From assembly GCF_902728285.1 (NCBI RefSeq), contig NW_027103826.1, positions 180,759-244,758 of the forward strand: DNA of 64,000 nucleotides, given 5' to 3'. The notes under the pieces are model-generated. The model made no database searches and had not been told where the DNA came from. It saw nothing but the letters and a program-made list of their open reading frames with translations. The stretch comes from Clytia hemisphaerica (taxonomy: Eukaryota). A program made the position numbers and the translations under genes. Within the stretch, counting starts at the first letter, position 1. Every line of letters starts with the position of its first letter. Of this stretch, positions 12,477 to 22,900 are shown in pieces.

Positions 12477-14645
12477 TTGTTATTTGTTTTTTGTGTGTGT
12501 TTCACATTTGAAATCATATATCGAGTTATGTTTCATTTACTTTGTACACGTTCAGAGAGATATTGGGAAATCGAAGAAAACGAACAAGCCTCGGTAGCAG
12601 GAAAGATTCAGAAATTTGCTAAATTTTGGGAATCGGAGCTAGATGCACCACCTTTTATTCTAGACATCGTCAAAACCGGCTACAGTCTTCCATTCATTAC
12701 TACGCCTCCCCCAGCCTACAGCAGAAACAACAAGTCCAGTAAGAGAGAGCACATATTCACTGAAAAATCGATTAAAGAGCTTTTGAAAAATAATTGTATA
12801 CAGGAAGTCGATTACATTCCCCACTGTGTCAACCCCCTTTCAGTTGCAGAAAGAAATAATAAATTGAGGCTTGTTCTTGATCTTCGAAACGTTAATAAGT
12901 ACATTCAAGTGAATAAATTTAAATACGAAAATCTTAAGACGGCTTCCGATTTGATTGATTCTGATGATTTCATGATCACTTTCGACTTGAAGAGCGGTTA
13001 TCACCACGTCCCAATTAACGCTAACTTTTATACGTATCTGGGTTTCTCATGGGAGTTCGACGGCGTAACCAAATACTTCGTTTTTGTAGTGTTACCTTTC
13101 GGTTTATGTTCAGCATGTTGGGTCTTTACAAAGTTAATGCGTCAATTAGTGAAAAAATGGAGAGGTCAAGGGATTAAGTCGATTATGTATCTTGATGACG
13201 GAATCGCAGCTGGGTATCCGAAGTCGCTAATGATTGTACAACGTAATAGCATGGTATCCGATCTTATGTCCTCCGGTCTAACAATTAACATCAAGAAGTC
13301 TTCTTTGGAGCCTGAAATAGAAAAAGAATGGCTAGGCTTTACGATTAACACCAACGACATGCGTATGTACATCCCTAATAAAAAATTAAAAGCTGTTTTG
13401 AGTTTTTTAGATACTATTTTGAGATTCGATTACGTCACCACAAGAAGTATCGCAAAGTTTGCAGGGCGTATAATCGCCATGTCTATCGCCATAGGCCCTT
13501 TGACCAGACTTTTTACGAGACAAATGTATAAATTCATTGACGATAAGAATTCGTTAGGTTGTACATGGGATAGCTATCGCCCATTAACAACAGAAGTAAA
13601 ATCGGAACTTACCTTTTGGAAATCTAATCTATCAGCGGTGAACGGCTTAGAATTTAAAACGTCTCCTGAAATTACTAAGATCTGCTATAGTGATGCAAGC
13701 CAATACGCATATGGAGGTTTTATAGTCGAAAAATTGAACAACGTCATAGCTCAAGGTAATTTCTCTAACTTCGAAGCCAACACTAGTTCCACGTATAGAG
13801 AGCTTTCTGCTGTAAAAAACGTTTTATCATCTCTTGCTCACAAGCTAAAAAATAACGCAGTTCAATGGAATTCTGATAACGAAAATGTAACAAGAATAAT
13901 TAATGCCGGCAGTACAAAAGAATATCTACAAAAGTTAGCAATTGACATTTATAATATTAACGTTCGTAACAACATCAGGCTTTATCCTCAATGGATCCCT
14001 AGAGAGAAAAATCAAATCGCTGACAGTATCAAAAATCGACACAGATAATTGCTATTGATAACAGACATTTAATTACATTCAAAACACTTATCGTTTTTAC
14101 AATAAAATTCGCTGACAATAAAAACACTAAACAGAGAGATTCAACTCAAAGAACGACACAGATATATTGGATCTATTGATAACGACGACATTAATTACAA
14201 ATTACATTCAAAACACTTATGGCATGGTTTTTCAATTTAATAGATAGATTAGACATTCGCTGACAATAAAAACACAAGACAAAAGATTCGAGAGTCAATC
14301 AAAGAACTTTTGAACTTTGAAATACAGAGGAAGGTTAAGGAGGTTAATGCATTCGTAAGTCACTGGGGAAACGAGATAAATTGGCTATGTCCACCAACAT
14401 ATCTCATTGGAAAAGCTATAAAACACTTAAAGTTGTGTAGAGCAAAAGGAGTGTTGTTTGTACCGGTATGGAAGTCTTCTTACTTTTGGCCATTACTTAC
14501 AAGAGACGGTATAAACTTTGAAAGTTTTATCAAACATTTTCTAGTTTTGGATCCATTTTATTTCAACTATTCTAGAACAAAATCTGTTTTTGAAGGCTTT
14601 GCAAAATTTTATGCTTTGGCATTACTTATTGATTTTTCGGAATAA
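12477..14645 (+). pseudogene. DIRS-like pol (reverse transcriptase plus RNase H). The ORF is broken after RNase H motif NQIAD by a ~150-bp internal tandem duplication (14035-14300), and the RH C-terminal tail resumes in ORF 14310..14645.
   Basis: RT motifs FDLKSGYHHVPI, LPFGL and YLDDGIAAG; RNase H motif IPREKNQIADSI; C-terminal LFVPVWKSSYFWPLL resembles the DIRS pol tail (PxWxxxxWF). Two near-duplicate blocks 'tcgctgaca(a/g)taaaaa..cgacacagata..ttgataac..ttaattaca..ttcaaaacacttat' lie between the two ORF parts. Confidence 0.8.
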
Positions 14646-15023
14646 AAGACGAAATAATTACTTAACAAAATTAATTTCTTGTTTTATGTTCTACATGATG
14701 CCGAGAAACGAACGAAGCTACGGATATTGAACGGTATGAGGAACGAACGGACCACGAAAATTGAGGACTACGAGGACCGGTGAACCAGAGATTGGTTTAG
14801 GCACATGCCAGCCCACAGGTGTCATAGGTGCACAGTGAGGCATTACAATCATTGATTATATACGTATTGGCCAGTTCGCTGGTGTCAAAGGTACACAGTG
14901 AGGCAAGATGAACGATATCAACGGTTAGAGATTGAATCAGGTATGAGAGATTAAAAATTTTATTCCCCCTTTTTCTTTCGTTACTTGTAGAATCCCTTAT
15001 GTTCGGAATTTGGCGAAAATTAG

Positions 15024-15824
15024 ATGACATCAAAGACAACAAGCTTAGATCAATCGCATCCTCCCTTCCAACCTTGGTTAAATCAGCATACGCCGATTCC
15101 ACTTTGCAAAAAATACAAGCCTGCCTGGAATAAATGGATCTCCTGGGCCGCACAGTTTGACGAAATATGCCCCTGCCCGGCCACGCCTTTCTACGTTGCG
15201 GTTTACTTGAACGACATAGTGTCCAATAACGGAAAAATTGGTACTCTAGACGTAGCTATTTCAGCAATAAGATGGGGTCATTTGAATTCGGGTTTAGAAT
15301 CGCCTACAGATCATCCATTTGTAAAGTTAGCCTTAGAAGGAGGAAAAAGAATAATAGCAAGAGGGGGAGGAAAAGTATCCAGACAAAAAGAGCCTTTGGA
15401 TTCAGAGCTTCTGAAACAAATTGTTGACGAATATGGCCAATCTAAGAACCTGATGGATCTTCGTTTCGTTCTCATCTGCGTACTTGGATTTTCGGGTTTC
15501 ATGAGAATTAGCGAAATTTTGGCCCTAAAGATAAAGGATATTACTTTTGAGGATGAAGGAATTAAGATTTTTATCGAGACTTCAAAAACGGATCAACTTA
15601 GGGAAGGTCACATCCTACACATTTCCAAAACTGATACAAAGTGTTGTCCAATCTACTGGCTGAGGCATTATCTCTCAATTTCTAAGTTGGAAAAAGAAGA
15701 AGAATCTTTCCTTATATGTCGTCTTGCCAAAACGAAAATAGGCCACAACGCAATCGGAAAGTATAGCGTCTCTTATTTCCACGGTATGGACCTGACGGAA
15801 GTTTATGTCGACGGACAGTTCTGA
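15024..15824 (+). CDS. Tyrosine recombinase (phage-integrase-like) of the DIRS-like element.
   Basis: 266-aa ORF. An N-terminal core-binding-like region (…AISAIRWGHLNSG) is followed by a catalytic region with R…(LRFVLICVLGFSGFMRISE)…H-x-x-R-like residues (GHILHISKTDTK, WLRHYL). Its position after pol matches DIRS architecture. Confidence 0.75.
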   Translation: MTSKTTSLDQSHPPFQPWLNQHTPIPLCKKYKPAWNKWISWAAQFDEICPCPATPFYVAVYLNDIVSNNGKIGTLDVAISAIRWGHLNSGLESPTDHPFVKLALEGGKRIIARGGGKVSRQKEPLDSELLKQIVDEYGQSKNLMDLRFVLICVLGFSGFMRISEILALKIKDITFEDEGIKIFIETSKTDQLREGHILHISKTDTKCCPIYWLRHYLSISKLEKEEESFLICRLAKTKIGHNAIGKYSVSYFHGMDLTEVYVDGQF

Positions 15825-16139
15825 TTTTGAGGCAAAATCTTTTTTTATTAAATTGCTTTTCCTGTTAGATATTTTTAAGATTGAAAATTCCATCTATTCA
15901 TGAAGCAGGTTTATCATACATACTAGTAATCAGTGGAACAGTGTGTGTTTTTCAGCTAAACGATATCGGTAGCTTTGGGAATGGTACAAAAAGCGTAGGA
16001 TAAACCCTTATTTCTATGGTTTTTATTCCCATCTCGACTTATGAATAAGAGTAATTTTATCGAAAAAATTTTTCAAATTAAAACGAACTAATAATCAAAA
16101 TCATTGCCAAAAATTTTTTGAATGTTGAAAAAGTCAAAA

Positions 16140-16265
16140 TGTTTTCGAAAGATTTATGATTTATTTTTGATTTATTTAAGATTTATTTTTAATTTATGAT
16201 TTATTTCTGATTTATTTTTTATTTATGATTTATTTTTGATTTATTTTTGATTTATAAATGTGTGT
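16140..16265. repeat. Minisatellite (gatttatttttgatttatga)n. Related copies with similar flanks lie at 32870-33020 and 33170-33400.
   Basis: Direct reading shows tandem 10-20-bp units. The unit downstream of each array is similar at the three loci (…tgatttataaatgtgtgtacgatattaattttagtgacatgcc.ctcg / …ttgcgtacgaaatttattttagtgatttgcccctcgg). Confidence 0.7.
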
Positions 16266-17025
16266 ACGATATTAATTTTAGTGACATGCCTCTCGAATTT
16301 TAGCTGGGTTTTATGTCATGTTTCACTATAAAGTCATAAAACCTGATCTGGACAATCTATGACCCTAAAACTTTGCACGAGTACTCTTAATAAGATTTTA
16401 TTTAAACGTCAGAAAGTTTCAAGTCGTTTGAGAAATTTTTCAACGAGATACACGCTTTTTATTTTATAAAAATAAACTTTATAAGAATGTCCATGATGAA
16501 AATAGCCAAAAAATTAAGAATATGCTACGAATATCACAATCATGGAATTTTGCTACTTAAGCTAATAATTTCGATTATAAATTGTCAATTACCCCAAACT
16601 GCTCACTCCTTTCACAGAAATGTCATTTTAGGCTTGAGACGTATGTACTAAATGTTAAATCTAGTCTGAATCAGGATCCTAACCTAAGAATGTTGTAAGA
16701 ATATTTTAGGATGATTTTCCCAAAAAAGTTAAGAATATCCATGATGAAATGGATTTACACCATTCTTATAAAAAAAAGCGTGTATACACAAAAGAACTCC
16801 AGCGTGGTAGATTCTAACCCCCCCTGGGGCTAATAGGGTTAAAACCATAATGCTTTGAATAAGCGGAATAAGACATTAAAAAGATGCATCAAGAGTCAAA
16901 GGTCAAGGGTCTTTTAATGATAATCTGATTAAAATTCGATTTAAAAATATTAATACCAGTGAGACAAATATAGATTTTTTGAAAGAAAAAGTATTCTAAA
17001 ACTTGCCTTTATATTCCTTTAGTTT

Positions 17026-17176
17026 AGCGGGATTTCTGATGTTTTGAAAAATAGTCAGAAATCTAGTATCTTATCGGTTCCGGACGAATGTTCCGGCATG
17101 CGAATTATTGATCATGCGCATAAAAGGGGAGAAGTTATCACTCGTGTCATCTCGCATCAAACGTAAGGTCGCGTTC
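17026..17176 (+). repeat. DIRS-like element terminal direct repeat A2.
   Basis: Second copy of the 151-bp repeat. Confidence 0.85.
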
Positions 17177-19765
17177 TCTAACTTGAGCTACTTATGCTAA
17201 TGATTACTTTGTTTTTTATTCATGATAAACTTCCAATACGACGGACGATGACAATCATCAACCAGCTGAAATGAAGAACGAGCAGATTTATTACTTATTA
17301 TTAACATCCCATGGTTTTTTGTCCTACCAAAAGATCAGTCAGATTGGCGAACAAGGCTGACCCCTATAGCCACGGCGATCTGGGCCCGGATTCAATATTC
17401 TTTTTAACCTCGCCCTAGAACTCAGAAAAACTTATGCAACCTTATTTTTTTACATTTATCCTTTGAATATCGTTAGAATGTTGAATTAAAACATCATTTC
17501 CTGTTTTTTTGGTTGATCCGATTTTTCATAATATGGATTCCGATTCTCGTGTATCCCTTCGGGGATTTGATGTATCCCTTCGGGGATTTTTATTTTCAGG
17601 CCAAAAAATTAATTCAAAGGAAATTATAATGAAGCAAAAATTGTTGTTTTCTCAGAGGCATTATTAAGACTGACCCATTTCAATAGAGAAATTCATCAAA
17701 TGACCATTGTTAGCAGTGTGAGGGCAAAAAGTTATCATGAATCCGATTTTTTCATAATTCCAAGGCCAGATCGCAGGTTTTTAGTCCAGGGGAAGAGGAT
17801 CATTAGTTCAGGGGTCCTCTAAGTTATTTATAATTATTCAGAAGAATCAAAGAACGGATCGACAAACCAATAAAGTTATTAAAGAACCGTCACTCATCAA
17901 GTCAAAGATACATTGGAGAATATCGTAATTATACTAAGAGAACTGAACTGGAATACTGAGATGATACGAGATTCGTGAACGGGTTAATAAAATCGAATAA
18001 TCTCATGATACAACACACAGTACCAGAGGAACATAAATATGAATGTATATATGTACGGCTATTTATTATTGTCAATAACTTATATATTTATCATTACTTT
18101 GTCAATTTATTACTTGACTTGTATTTACCGACCTTGCGTTACCGTTACGAAGATAGTCCAAATGTCTACAATTTATTGTTTAAATCCTTTTGATAACTGA
18201 TAAGGAGGAAAAGTTAAGATAGGGTTATTTCTTTTGAAAAGCGAGGATAAAAGGATATCTTAATAACGTTCATTACAAAACCTAATTTGTATGTTTTGTG
18301 AGAAAAATTCAATTTTTTGGGACCTCACTATGGCGAGGGTTTTTAATACCAACTTTTTTTTCGATACCAACCTTTTTTTTGATACCAACTTTTTTTGAAA
18401 AAAGTTGGTATTAAAAACCCTTTTGGTATGGACCTCACACTGTGAATTCGATCAAAGTGTGTATTTAAAAATATTTTATTTTATAGTATTGTTTGTACGT
18501 TTGATACACCATCCTTTTTTAATATTTTTTAAAAAAGAACCTGTAATTAAAATATTATTCATTAGTTATCTATTACACCCATGTCTCAAAATTCGTTATA
18601 ATGAAGAAATTAATCGGATGAAAGGAGATATCGTAAACACTCTAGGGTTACCCAAAGTCAGGAAAAAGAAAATCGCAAAACAGGTTTATAACACTGACCT
18701 TTATATATCTCTGGACCAAGCTATATCCACCATCTTTGATTATTGAAATTTGGTACCCGCAAAGAAGCCACTGTAGTGTTTGAAACTTTGCCTAACGACA
18801 AACGGCGCTACATTATTAGACGGCGTTACATTTATCCAGAACCAATTTTTGACAAAGTCACAACCCGTGATCGTCTACAACAAAAGAAATCCATTAACTC
18901 GAAACATTTCCATTGTTTTCAGGAAGCTCTCTTTTCATTCCTGGGTAACTTTCGCAAAATGAGCAAGTATTCACAATTCTTTTGCCTTCAAAGTTTTCTG
19001 AACTGGAAATCGATCGATAAAGTTTTTTTAGCTGGAATGTTCTTTCAAGAAAAGACACTAACTTTGCCCACTTTATCCAATGATGCATAGTCTAATTTGA
19101 CCGTACACCTTACGAGCCTTTTTTATCGTTTAAGGTTAAACTTGAAGCACAGACGCCTTTTATTAAGAACGAGTAAATTTTCAGGGTTCAAATGTTTATA
19201 AGCTGTTCTTAAAATCCCGAATCCCGTCTGGTTATCGATAAAATTTCAAGTCAATTGAAACAATATTTGTCAAATTATTTAATTTTACATCCGAAATTTT
19301 TAAAGAGGAATCATGAAAGCTTCTCAAATTCATAACACACGCTGATAAAATTAGATTTCATTTATAAGGAAGCTTTTGGGGTATCTTCTGAAAATATTAT
19401 TTTGATGAAAAGCGGGAACATCATAGAAAAACATGTGCAGACGTACTGCATGACTACTTTGCCTGTTTCATTTTTCTTATAAAAACAGGACACTCAAGGA
19501 GACAGAGATGGATTTCTATTATGATGAACAGGTTACAATAGAAAAGACAAAGAAGCAATCCGCTAAGGAATTATCGTCCTCCATCCAGCTCCACCATTAC
19601 TTATCCCTGATCTGATTTCGCTAAAAGTTCGTATAAAATATTTATATGTTCTGCTTACAGTGAAATAAATAGAATCACAAAATTCTGAAGAAAATTCCCA
19701 AAAATATTTCTCGATATTCTCTTTAAACTATATTTTTAGTCTGATCCATTTCGGAAGATTATTCG

Positions 19766-19996
19766 TTAAACAAAGTCTGGGGTCGTTTTGAGGACATACA
19801 CCATAGAATTTTCACTAGCCGCTAGAAATATTTTCTCGGATGGATGAGCGGCTAAGCATGTATATCTTTGAGCACGATGGTTGAAAAATCCATAAATATT
19901 CTCCCCAGTCTCGGTGTCAAAAATCCTCAAAGTCCCATCTAATGATACTGTCATGACTTGACTTTCCTCGTTTAAAAATGTAGCATCCATGCACAA
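19766..19996 (-). CDS. NWD1-like: WD40-repeat exon (…VSLDGTLRIFDTETGENIYGFFNHRAQRYTCLAAHPSEKIFLAASENSMVYVL). It is the likely 3'-most recognised exon of the NWD-like gene.
   Basis: Canonical WD40 blade with a D-[GT]-x-[LI]-[RK]-[IL]-[FW]-D signature. Confidence 0.55.
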   Translation of the reverse strand: MCMDATFLNEESQVMTVSLDGTLRIFDTETGENIYGFFNHRAQRYTCLAAHPSEKIFLAASENSMVYVLKTTPDFV

Positions 19997-22900
19997 GCGA
20001 GTGTGTCCTAGAGTTTGAGAAGATTGGAAAGATTATAAATTTTGGAAGTCAGGAAGTGGTCATAAGTTATCTACTAGAGGGGGGGGATTTTTCCAAAAAT
20101 TTGAAAAAAATCTCTTACCATCCCTCTAGACATGTCCAAAAATTTTTCGAACCCCCCTTAACCAAGCCAAAAGATTTTCGCACCCTCCCCCCTAAGAAAA
20201 AATCTTAGATACTCTCCCCCCCCCTCGTGCAATCCTGACCTATTGTTCATAAGTTAGTCCTTTGATTTTTGTGTGTTTTTTTCGGGAAATTTTATCGTTG
20301 TGAGTGTTATAACTAAAGGCGCAACCGGTTTGTGCTGACAGAGAACATTTTAAATGTTTAACCCTCTCAATTTGCTAAAACCTGAAAATTTTTGTTGTTA
20401 AAAAGCCTATCACACAAATAAATTTAAAAATGACTACAGTGCAGGGACAATGCACCTCCTAGGTGACCCTAAGTGTATACTGTTAGTGCGGAAGTTATTG
20501 AAAACAAGACTAAAATTGAGAAATTGAGATTTATGCAGCATAAAAAGACAAATAATAGATTATGATGATTGGTGTAAAGATTTAAAACTTTTCAAAAAAG
20601 GCTCTGATAAATGGTTAAAAAAGACTTCATTTTTGAATCAACCTGGTGTCAAAAAGATTTCGCACCCCCTCTTCCTAAGGATTGCAAAAAACTTTCGCAT
20701 CCCCCCCCCTAAGGATGGCAAAAAATTTTCGAACCCCCCCTGAAATCCTCTTACTCCCTCTAGTAGATTTTATGGCGGCTCCCTAAACTTCACAAGTATC
20801 GGCCTTGCCTCACAGCCCTTTTGGAATTTCCTTCCACAGTGGGGATGAAAGTTTTTACCGAAATCCCAATGGCAATAGAAATTTTATTGTTCTCAGGCTA
20901 AAACTGTCCTATGGGGATGGTTTTTGATTGTGTACATTTTCAGACTTTTCTGTAAGAAAAAAAAGTTGATCAGCGTGAAAAATGGTAAAATCTAATAAAC
21001 ACTGGACTTAAGAAACTTTACCTTTGTATTCACAAATATCTTTTTCAGATTCCGGATCATATTTAAAGAAATTGTGGTTACTGTCATTGCCATTATATAA
21101 AAGACAGTTATTTGAAAAGAACCCGCCGATTATTTTGTAAGCGCGTTGAACGTAATATTTGATTGTTCCATTGGTCAAATCAAACGCCATGAAACCTTGA
21201 AATAAAATGAAAAGAAAGATATTTTGAATGATGTTTTGAGCATTATGTAAATTAGACAAGAGTCTACTTCTGTCTGAACTTTGCTTTTTGATGATTTTGA
21301 TGATTCTGAGTCCAGAAAAGTAGACTAGAGGAACCGACATCTTGATTTCTTTCATTTTCGTGTTCAAAACTACAACAAAACAACAAAACAATAAAATGTG
21401 GGGGGCGTACGGTATTTCGGAATTGCGGAAATCGACCCTTTTTTCTTCGGAAATTTGGTGAAAAATTAGTCAAAACGACAAAAAATACCCATAAAATCGG
21501 TATCGGAATTGCAAGTATTCTTTTACGGAATTTCGGAAATTTTAGCAAAATTACTTGGTATTTCGGAAATAGCAAACCCCGTACGCCCCCCCCCCTAAAA
21601 TATGTTCTAAAACCCAACAAAGTATACAAACCCCATAAAAATATCTCCCAAATTAAAAAAAGTGGGTCTATTAAGCTTTTTTTACATGCATGTAAAATTC
21701 TAATTTAGACCTTACGGAAAATCGTTCGTAAAGCTATCTTTTGGGAATCTCCCAGACTTTAAGTAGAGTTTTTGTTGATTAAAGCTTTTTTCACATGCAC
21801 GTAAAATTTTACTTTAGACCTTACGGAAAATCGTTCATAAGGCTGTCTTTTGGGAATTTCCCCGACATTCTGTAGAGTTTTTGTTGATTAAGTAGGGTCT
21901 TACGTGACTTTTCCCTCCGTTTAAAACTTTTTAAGCGTTAGCAAACTTTACATAAGGCCTTAAAACACCACGTAAGCTTAGGGAAATTCCCCACCCTTTA
22001 AGGTCTTAAGTAAAAATTTACGTACATATGAAAAAAGCTTTACGGAATTCACACATGAAAAATTAGTCAAAACAAGGAAAATTCCCATAAAATCGGTATC
22101 GGAATTGCAAGTATTTTTTTACGGAATTTCGGAAATTTTAGCAAAATTATTTGGTATTTTGGAAATAGCAAACCCCGTACCCCCCCCTAAAATATGTTCT
22201 AAAACCCAACAAAGTATACAAACCCCATAAAAATACCTTCCAAATTAAAAAAAAGTGGGTCTATTAGTCATGGTTTTCTGTTTATTTTTTCTCCAAACCA
22301 CCTCAAACAAAGCCAAAATATCAAGCTGGCCAAATTACACTAGCCAATTTATCAGCGCTATCCAGTTTATCAAAAAGCACTAAGAAGTCCCGGGCTATTT
22401 GTAAATACATCCCTTTCTCACAGACCTACTGGGAACTCTTTCCACTGGAAAAATTGTCCAAAATATCGTTCCGGTGGGGAATTTTTCTCCAATTTTTGTC
22501 CCCACTGATAATAATCAAATAAACTAATTCTCACTGCACAATATTATGCTATTTTTCACATCCCCACTGAATTTTCTGACTTGAAAACAAAAGCATTAAA
22601 ATCCCCAGCCATAAAAAATATGGGACTATCGATCCCTATCGAGTTTCAGTCAATTATTTTTATCCCACTGGCTGAAAAAAATCCTACCGGGTCTGTGAGA
22701 AGGAGATCTGTAAATGATCTTGGTAAATATTGGAAAAAGTTCTAGAATTCCGAAGTCAAATTGGAATGATAACAAAAATGAATTTTTTCAACTTCTCTTG
22801 AAGAGAAAGCAGCACATCTGCATTTCCCCATACTGCATAAAATTGAATAAAAAATATCTGGCAACAAATACACAAATTCTATGAAATAACTTTGCTTACC

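Larger units (their letters stand above)
11507..17176 (+). mobile_element. DIRS/Ngaro-like tyrosine-recombinase retrotransposon, probably a dead copy. Order is A1 direct repeat, gag, pol (RT-RNase H, disrupted), YR integrase, ~1.2 kb of repeat-rich sequence, A2 direct repeat.
   Basis: 151-bp direct repeats at 11507-11657 and 17026-17176 are about 99% identical. The gag ATG follows immediately after A1. YLDD RT, RNase H and phage-integrase-like YR domains are present. This combination defines DIRS-like elements. Confidence 0.85.

Noticed and set aside
14797-15153. 118-aa minus-strand ORF overlapping the start of the YR integrase.
   Set aside because: It is antisense to a well-supported domain-bearing ORF within a retroelement and has no homology.
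18405-19090. ORFs of 113 aa and 115 aa on the plus strand (18405..18746, 18743..19090) that could be a small gene.
   Set aside because: No recognisable domain and low-complexity AT-rich composition. They overlap a repeat motif (tatatctctggaccaagctatatccaccatctttga, also at 26640-26700) and lack splice or initiator context. More likely read-through of intergenic repeat sequence.
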